Assembly: GCA_965279375.1 (NCBI GenBank)
Contig: OZ257156.1
Coordinates: 4,192,001 to 4,256,000 of the forward strand
Length of the DNA: 64,000 nucleotides
Reading direction: 5' to 3'
DNA from: Gemmatimonas sp.
Lineage (GTDB): Bacteria > Gemmatimonadota > Gemmatimonadetes > Gemmatimonadales > Gemmatimonadaceae
Below the pieces are notes generated by a model. It was not told the origin of the DNA. It was given only the letters and a program-made list of their open reading frames with translations, and did no database searches. Positions 59,404-64,000 of this stretch are shown here, piece by piece; position 1 is the stretch's first letter, and every line of letters starts with the position of its first letter. The translations under genes were made by a program, and so were the position numbers.

Positions 59404-61644
59404 ATGCCTCGCCGCCTGTTCCCTGCCCTGCTCTTCGCGCCGATCGTACTCGGCGCGCAGACGAAGCGTCCGATGACGTTCCTGGATGTCCAGCAACTCC
59501 GTCAAGCGAGTGGCCAGTCCGTGAGCCCCGATGGGCAGTGGATGCTGTATGGCATCTCTACGCCCGACTGGAAGGAGGCCAAGCGTCAGACCGATCTGTA
59601 TCTCGTGTCGATGTCCAAGGGCCTCGCCGACACGCGCCAGCTGACGTTCACGAAGGACAAGAACGAAGGCGCGCCGCTTTGGGCGCCGGACAGCCGGTCA
59701 TTCGTATTCGCGTCCAACCGCGACGCCGCGGCCAACGGCAGCACCAATCAGCTGTACCTCATGCGCCCCGACGGTGGTGAAGCGCGGCGCATCACCGATG
59801 CGAAGGACGGCGTGGGTGCGTTCGCATTCACCAGCGACGGCAAGTGGTTGGCGTATGCCTCGGGCAAGACGGACGAGCAGCAGCTCTACGTGCTCCCCGT
59901 CGCAGGAATGGACAGCGCGAAGGCGACAGCGCTCACCAAGCATCCCACCGGCGTGCGTTGGTGGAAGTTCTCGCGCGATGGGCGCACGCTGTACTACACC
60001 GCGTCCGACACGCTCGACACCGATGAGAAGCTGCGCATGGAAAAGAAGTTCGACGTGCGCATTCGCAATCAGGAAGAGCCGGTGCAGCACCTGTGGTCGA
60101 TGGACGTGGCCACGAAGCAGCGCAAGCGCCTGACCACCGGCAAGCAGTACAGTGTCGAAGGCGTCTCGCTGTCGAACGACGGCAAGTGGATTGGCTTCCG
60201 CGGCGTCGGCAACGATCGCTACTTCCGCGGCACGCTCGAGGCAGGATTGGTGGGCGAGCTGTATCTGCTGGAAACGGCGACCGGCACCATCGAGCAGCTC
60301 ACCAAGAACGTCGAGATCAGTGAAAGCGCGTTGTCCTTTGCTCCGGACGGCAAGACCATCGCCTTCTCCGCGTCCAACGACTTCACGTACTTCCGCGACA
60401 CGCGCATCTACGTGCGTGACATCGCGGCCAAAGGACAGGCCTTCCGCGAAATCGGTGATGCGCGCGATGGCGATGCGACCGTCGGCTTCTGGAGCGCCGA
60501 CAGCAAGACCATCTATTACAACGATGGCGTCGCGGCGACGAGTCAGCTGTTCAGCATCGATGTGGCATCGGGAGCGGTCAAGCAGATCACGAACGTGCGC
60601 GCGTCGCTCAACGTGTCACGCGACGAGGAGTCCGGCGCGGTGATGCTGCAGTACTCCGACCCCACGACGCCGCCGTCGAGCTTTACCGTCGCGTCGCTCG
60701 ACAAGGTCACCGACAAGAGCGCGTGGGTGCGTCTGACGAATGTGAATCCGCAGGTGGCGGGCTTCGCCCTCGGCGATGAAGAAGAAGTGACCTGGAAGTC
60801 GAAGGACGGTCGCATGGTTGGGGGCGTGCTGATCAAGCCGGTCGGCTACCAGGCCGGCACGCGCTATCCGCTGATCGTTGCGATTCACGGCGGCCCTGCC
60901 TCGGCAGACTTGCTCGGCTTCAACGGCGGCTACGGCGCGCAGATCTACTCGGGTGCCGGCTACGCGGTGCTCATGCCTAACTACCGCGGCAGCACCAACT
61001 ACGGTGAGAAGCACCGCATCGAAATCGCGGGCGACTACTTCACCAAGGGCTACGACGACATCATGACCGGCGTCGATCACCTGATCACGACGGGCTTGGT
61101 GGACAGCAAGCAGTTGGGTGTGCTGGGCTGGAGCGCGGGCGGCCACTGGTCCAACTGGATCCTCACGCACACGGACCGTTTCAAGGCGGTCTCCACGGGT
61201 GCGGGCACCATGAACTGGACGTCGATGTATGCGCAGAGCGACGTGCAGCGCAATCGTCAGTACTACATGGGCAACAAGCTCCCGTACGATGACTTCGAAG
61301 GCTACTGGCGTCAATCGCCGCTCAAGTACATCAAGAACGCCAAGACGCCCACGATGATCCACGTTGTTGATGGCGATCCGCGCGTGCCGCGTCCGCAGAG
61401 CGAAGAGCTTCACATGGCGCTCAAGCGTCTCGGCGTGCCGACCGAGTTCTTCGTCTATCCGGGCAACACGCACGGCATTCCCGACCCGCGCAACAACCTC
61501 GTCAAGTCCACGGCGGAGTTCATGTGGATGGAGAAGTGGGTGCGTGGCAAGGATGTGAAGTTCGACTGGAAGCCGTTGCTGCAGACGCTGGAAGATGCGC
61601 CGGCAGTGAAGGCGACTACGTCGAACATGAACGATCAGCGCTAG
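59404..61644 (+). CDS. secreted S9 family (prolyl oligopeptidase/acylaminoacyl peptidase-like) peptidase
   Basis: Signal peptide, beta-propeller repeats, IHGGP, NYRGS, GWSAGG nucleophile, DPRVP, H. Confidence 0.92.
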   Translation: MPRRLFPALLFAPIVLGAQTKRPMTFLDVQQLRQASGQSVSPDGQWMLYGISTPDWKEAKRQTDLYLVSMSKGLADTRQLTFTKDKNEGAPLWAPDSRSFVFASNRDAAANGSTNQLYLMRPDGGEARRITDAKDGVGAFAFTSDGKWLAYASGKTDEQQLYVLPVAGMDSAKATALTKHPTGVRWWKFSRDGRTLYYTASDTLDTDEKLRMEKKFDVRIRNQEEPVQHLWSMDVATKQRKRLTTGKQYSVEGVSLSNDGKWIGFRGVGNDRYFRGTLEAGLVGELYLLETATGTIEQLTKNVEISESALSFAPDGKTIAFSASNDFTYFRDTRIYVRDIAAKGQAFREIGDARDGDATVGFWSADSKTIYYNDGVAATSQLFSIDVASGAVKQITNVRASLNVSRDEESGAVMLQYSDPTTPPSSFTVASLDKVTDKSAWVRLTNVNPQVAGFALGDEEEVTWKSKDGRMVGGVLIKPVGYQAGTRYPLIVAIHGGPASADLLGFNGGYGAQIYSGAGYAVLMPNYRGSTNYGEKHRIEIAGDYFTKGYDDIMTGVDHLITTGLVDSKQLGVLGWSAGGHWSNWILTHTDRFKAVSTGAGTMNWTSMYAQSDVQRNRQYYMGNKLPYDDFEGYWRQSPLKYIKNAKTPTMIHVVDGDPRVPRPQSEELHMALKRLGVPTEFFVYPGNTHGIPDPRNNLVKSTAEFMWMEKWVRGKDVKFDWKPLLQTLEDAPAVKATTSNMNDQR

Positions 61645-61672
61645 TTCGACGAATACGAAGCGACTGAACGCA

Positions 61673-61700
61673 GAAAGGGCTCCCTTGCGGGAGCCCTTTC
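61673..61700. terminator. bidirectional intrinsic terminator
   Basis: GAAAGGGCTCCC-ttgc-GGGAGCCCTTTC between convergent genes. Confidence 0.85.
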
Positions 61701-61750
61701 ACAGCTTCGGCGCCAACCGTCTGAGAACGACGGCCGCGCGGAGAAGCTGC

Positions 61751-61963
61751 TTAGTTGCCGAGCTTGACGACGTTCTCAGCGGCCGGACCCTTCTGGCCCT
61801 GCACCACGTCGCACTCAACGCGCTCGCCATCGGCGAGGCTCTTGAAGCCGCCGCCCTGGATGGCCGAGTGATGGACGAACAAGTCCTTGCCGCCGTCATC
61901 AGGCGTGATGAAGCCAAAGCCCTTCGCGTCGTTGAACCACTTCACGATGCCAGTCGTACGCAT
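61751..61963 (-). CDS. cold-shock protein (CspA family)
   Basis: [39 protein letters not shown]. Confidence 0.97.
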   Translation of the reverse strand: MRTTGIVKWFNDAKGFGFITPDDGGKDLFVHHSAIQGGGFKSLADGERVECDVVQGQKGPAAENVVKLGN

Positions 61964-62085
61964 GTTACTACTCCTGCTTGGTAATTTTGGTGCTGTGTTC
62001 GGAGTGCTTATGCAGTACGTACCGACACAACGTGCTCGTGATGTAGCCCCCACGCGGGCCTCGCCGACGGCGAGTGTTCAGAAGC

Positions 62086-62116
62086 AAAAAGGGCCCGCAG
62101 AAAATCGGCGGGCCCT
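62086..62116 (-). terminator. intrinsic terminator-like hairpin upstream of the csp gene
   Basis: Minus strand AGGGCCCGC-cgattttct-GCGGGCCCT followed by TTTT. Confidence 0.7.
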
Positions 62117-62166
62117 GAGACGCTCCGAAACGACGCTTTCACAACTCCTGCAAAAGCGATGAGCGG

Positions 62167-62195
62167 AGTGTATTGCGCTTTCGCCTGCCGCGCAA
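62167..62195 (-). promoter_or_regulatory. putative sigma70 promoter of the csp gene
   Basis: Minus strand TTGCGC-N17-TACACT. Confidence 0.55.
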
Positions 62196-62267
62196 TAGGC
62201 ACCAGGAAGATTGCCCGGCACGCACCACCCCGCTTCTTCACCTCGTGACGGTGCGCACTGGCCACCC

Positions 62268-63284
62268 TCAGTGCCGGCGGCCGCCAAGGTCAACCGTGAC
62301 ACCTCGGCCACTCGCGATCGCCCGGTCGTAGATGTGACGCACGGCGGCGACATCTTCGACCGCCAGTCCGAGCGATTTGAAGAGAGTGATATCCGAGGCG
62401 TTCAACCGTCCGGGAATCTTCCCGAGCACCAGCTCGCCGAGCTCGCCCATGATGTGCGAGTCATCGATGACGCCTTCACTGCGCGGCAGGAGAAAGTCGC
62501 CGGCCTCGGCCAGCGTGGACTCGCGCCGATCGACGAACATGCGGGCGCGTCGCACTGCCTCGCTGTCCAGCTCGCGCGCCGATGGGATCGACGCGCCGAC
62601 CGCACACACGTGCGTGCCCGGCGCGAGCCACTCGCCGTGCAGTACTGGCGTGCGCGACGAGGTGATCGTGCAGACGACGTGCGCCTCGCGCACTGCCTCC
62701 TCCGCGGAATCGCAGACGACGACGTCCACGTTGTGCAGTTGACGCGCCTGCTCGGCGAAATGATGCGCGCGGCTGCCGGCGACGGCCCCCGACCGGCTCC
62801 ACACGCGAACACGTTTGATCGGACGCACGGCTTTGACCGCCGCGAGATGCGGCAACGCCAGCACTCCCGCGCCAAGAATGGCGAGCTCGCTCGCATCGGG
62901 GTTGGCGAGCAAGCGCGTGGAAAGTCCCGACACCGCCGAGGTGCGCGTCGCGGTGATGCTCGAGGCATCGGCGATGGCGAGCAAGGCTCCGAACTGCGCG
63001 TCGAAGAGCAGCACGACGCCGATGTGCGAGTCGAACGGCGTGGCGTCGTTGCCAGGGAAGACCGTGATGATCTTCGCGCCGATGCTCGACGTACTCCCCG
63101 TTCCCAGCACACCGGGCATCGTCGCGAACGCGTTGACCGAGTTGGGCAGTCGCAGCACCGTCCGCAGCGGAAGCATCGCGTCGCCCGCGGTCACCGCGGC
63201 CAGCGCGTCGGACATGGCATCGATGCACTCACCCATTGGCAGCAGCTCGTACACATCGCGATCGGACAACAACACTGTGCTCAT
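62268..63284 (-). CDS. ornithine cyclodeaminase/mu-crystallin family protein
   Basis: GAKIITVFPGN, ITATRTSAVS, ILGAG, GTHVCAVGA, LFKSLGLAVED. Confidence 0.92.
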   Translation of the reverse strand: MSTVLLSDRDVYELLPMGECIDAMSDALAAVTAGDAMLPLRTVLRLPNSVNAFATMPGVLGTGSTSSIGAKIITVFPGNDATPFDSHIGVVLLFDAQFGALLAIADASSITATRTSAVSGLSTRLLANPDASELAILGAGVLALPHLAAVKAVRPIKRVRVWSRSGAVAGSRAHHFAEQARQLHNVDVVVCDSAEEAVREAHVVCTITSSRTPVLHGEWLAPGTHVCAVGASIPSARELDSEAVRRARMFVDRRESTLAEAGDFLLPRSEGVIDDSHIMGELGELVLGKIPGRLNASDITLFKSLGLAVEDVAAVRHIYDRAIASGRGVTVDLGGRRH

Positions 63285-64000
63285 GAACGGTCTCCATCCA
63301 CCGCGTTCGGGGATGTGGGAAGTGAATCGTGCAATTCGGTGTGCGTGTCGAGATGCGAGGCGATCGGCTCCTCGACCGGCGCGTCGGGCAGCCACTCCAC
63401 CGCGCATGAAGTCGTGACGGCGCCGAGATGCGCCGGCCGTACCGTCATGGCGTACTTCTCCAGTACGCCACCGCGCGCGTTCGACTGGAATGGCGGAAGC
63501 GCGGACAGTCGCGCGGCGAGCGCGTGTTCCGACAGTTCGACGGTAATCGTGCGCGCATCGGGCTGCGCGTCGATGGCAATGATGTCGCCATCTCGCAATG
63601 CGGCGATCGGTCCGCGGTCAGCTGCCTCAGGTCCGGCGTGGCCGATGCAGAGGCCACGCGTGGCGCCGCTGAAGCGTCCGTCGGTGAGAAGCGCCACCGT
63701 CGAGCCCATACCCTGTCCGTAAATGAGCGCCGTGATGCCGAGCATCTCGCGCATGCCCGGGCCACCGCGCGGTCCCTCGTTGCGAATGACCAGAACATCG
63801 CCGGCCGCGTACTGGCGATCACGCACGGCGACCTGTGCATGCTCCTCCGATTCGAACACGCGCGCCGGTCCGCGATGCACCAGCGAGGCCAGTCCGGCCG
63901 TCTTGAGCAGCGCGCCGTTAGGGCAGAGATTGCCGCGCAGCACTGTGACGCCGCCGTCCACCGAGAGCGCGTGTCCGGCGTCGCGCACGACGTTGCCGTC
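63281..64000 (-). CDS. second IlvD/Edd family dehydratase (C-terminal part; 5' end outside the window)
   Basis: [46 protein letters not shown]. Confidence 0.9.
   Translation of the reverse strand, partial: DGNVVRDAGHALSVDGGVTVLRGNLCPNGALLKTAGLASLVHRGPARVFESEEHAQVAVRDRQYAAGDVLVIRNEGPRGGPGMREMLGITALIYGQGMGSTVALLTDGRFSGATRGLCIGHAGPEAADRGPIAALRDGDIIAIDAQPDARTITVELSEHALAARLSALPPFQSNARGGVLEKYAMTVRPAHLGAVTTSCAVEWLPDAPVEEPIASHLDTHTELHDSLPTSPNAVDGDRS

Noticed and set aside
61685..61984. 99-aa ORF antisense to the csp gene
   Set aside because: Antisense shadow of the highly conserved csp coding sequence

Overview
A GC-rich bacterial chromosomal segment with about 53 protein-coding genes and one tRNA-Pro(GGG). 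I see no rRNA, CRISPR array, integrase or transposase. The gene content (PEP-CTERM protein, TamA/TamB, DUF5916-like protein, M56 protease fused to plug motifs, many Tat and lipoprotein secreted enzymes) suggests a Gemmatimonadota-like diderm, which is inference only. Core genes include deoC (partial), gluQ, gspG, ppk2, ompA, lpxL-like, mtgA, an RND pump, a P450, ilvD, a complete ilvBNC-leuACDB operon, an S9 peptidase, a cold-shock protein, an ornithine cyclodeaminase-family gene and a second, partial ilvD-family gene. The strongest leads are: (1) a four-gene redox module at 13.4-15.6 kb, with a 4-helix/4-His cytochrome b561-like membrane protein, a second His-bearing membrane protein and two Tat-exported Rieske proteins; (2) a lipoprotein fusing a heme-c domain to a PHM/DBH-type copper monooxygenase, between a DUF5916-like gene and a TonB receptor; (3) an unannotated 43-aa Leu/Ile/Val-rich leader peptide with a five-segment attenuator before ilvB; (4) a ~285-bp nested palindromic element at 45.26-45.55 kb; (5) a sigma54 promoter with candidate IHF and enhancer sites on the PEP-CTERM gene; (6) tandem stand-alone HDOD paralogs and several multi-stem intergenic structures. 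All calls come from reading motifs by eye; no database searches were run.
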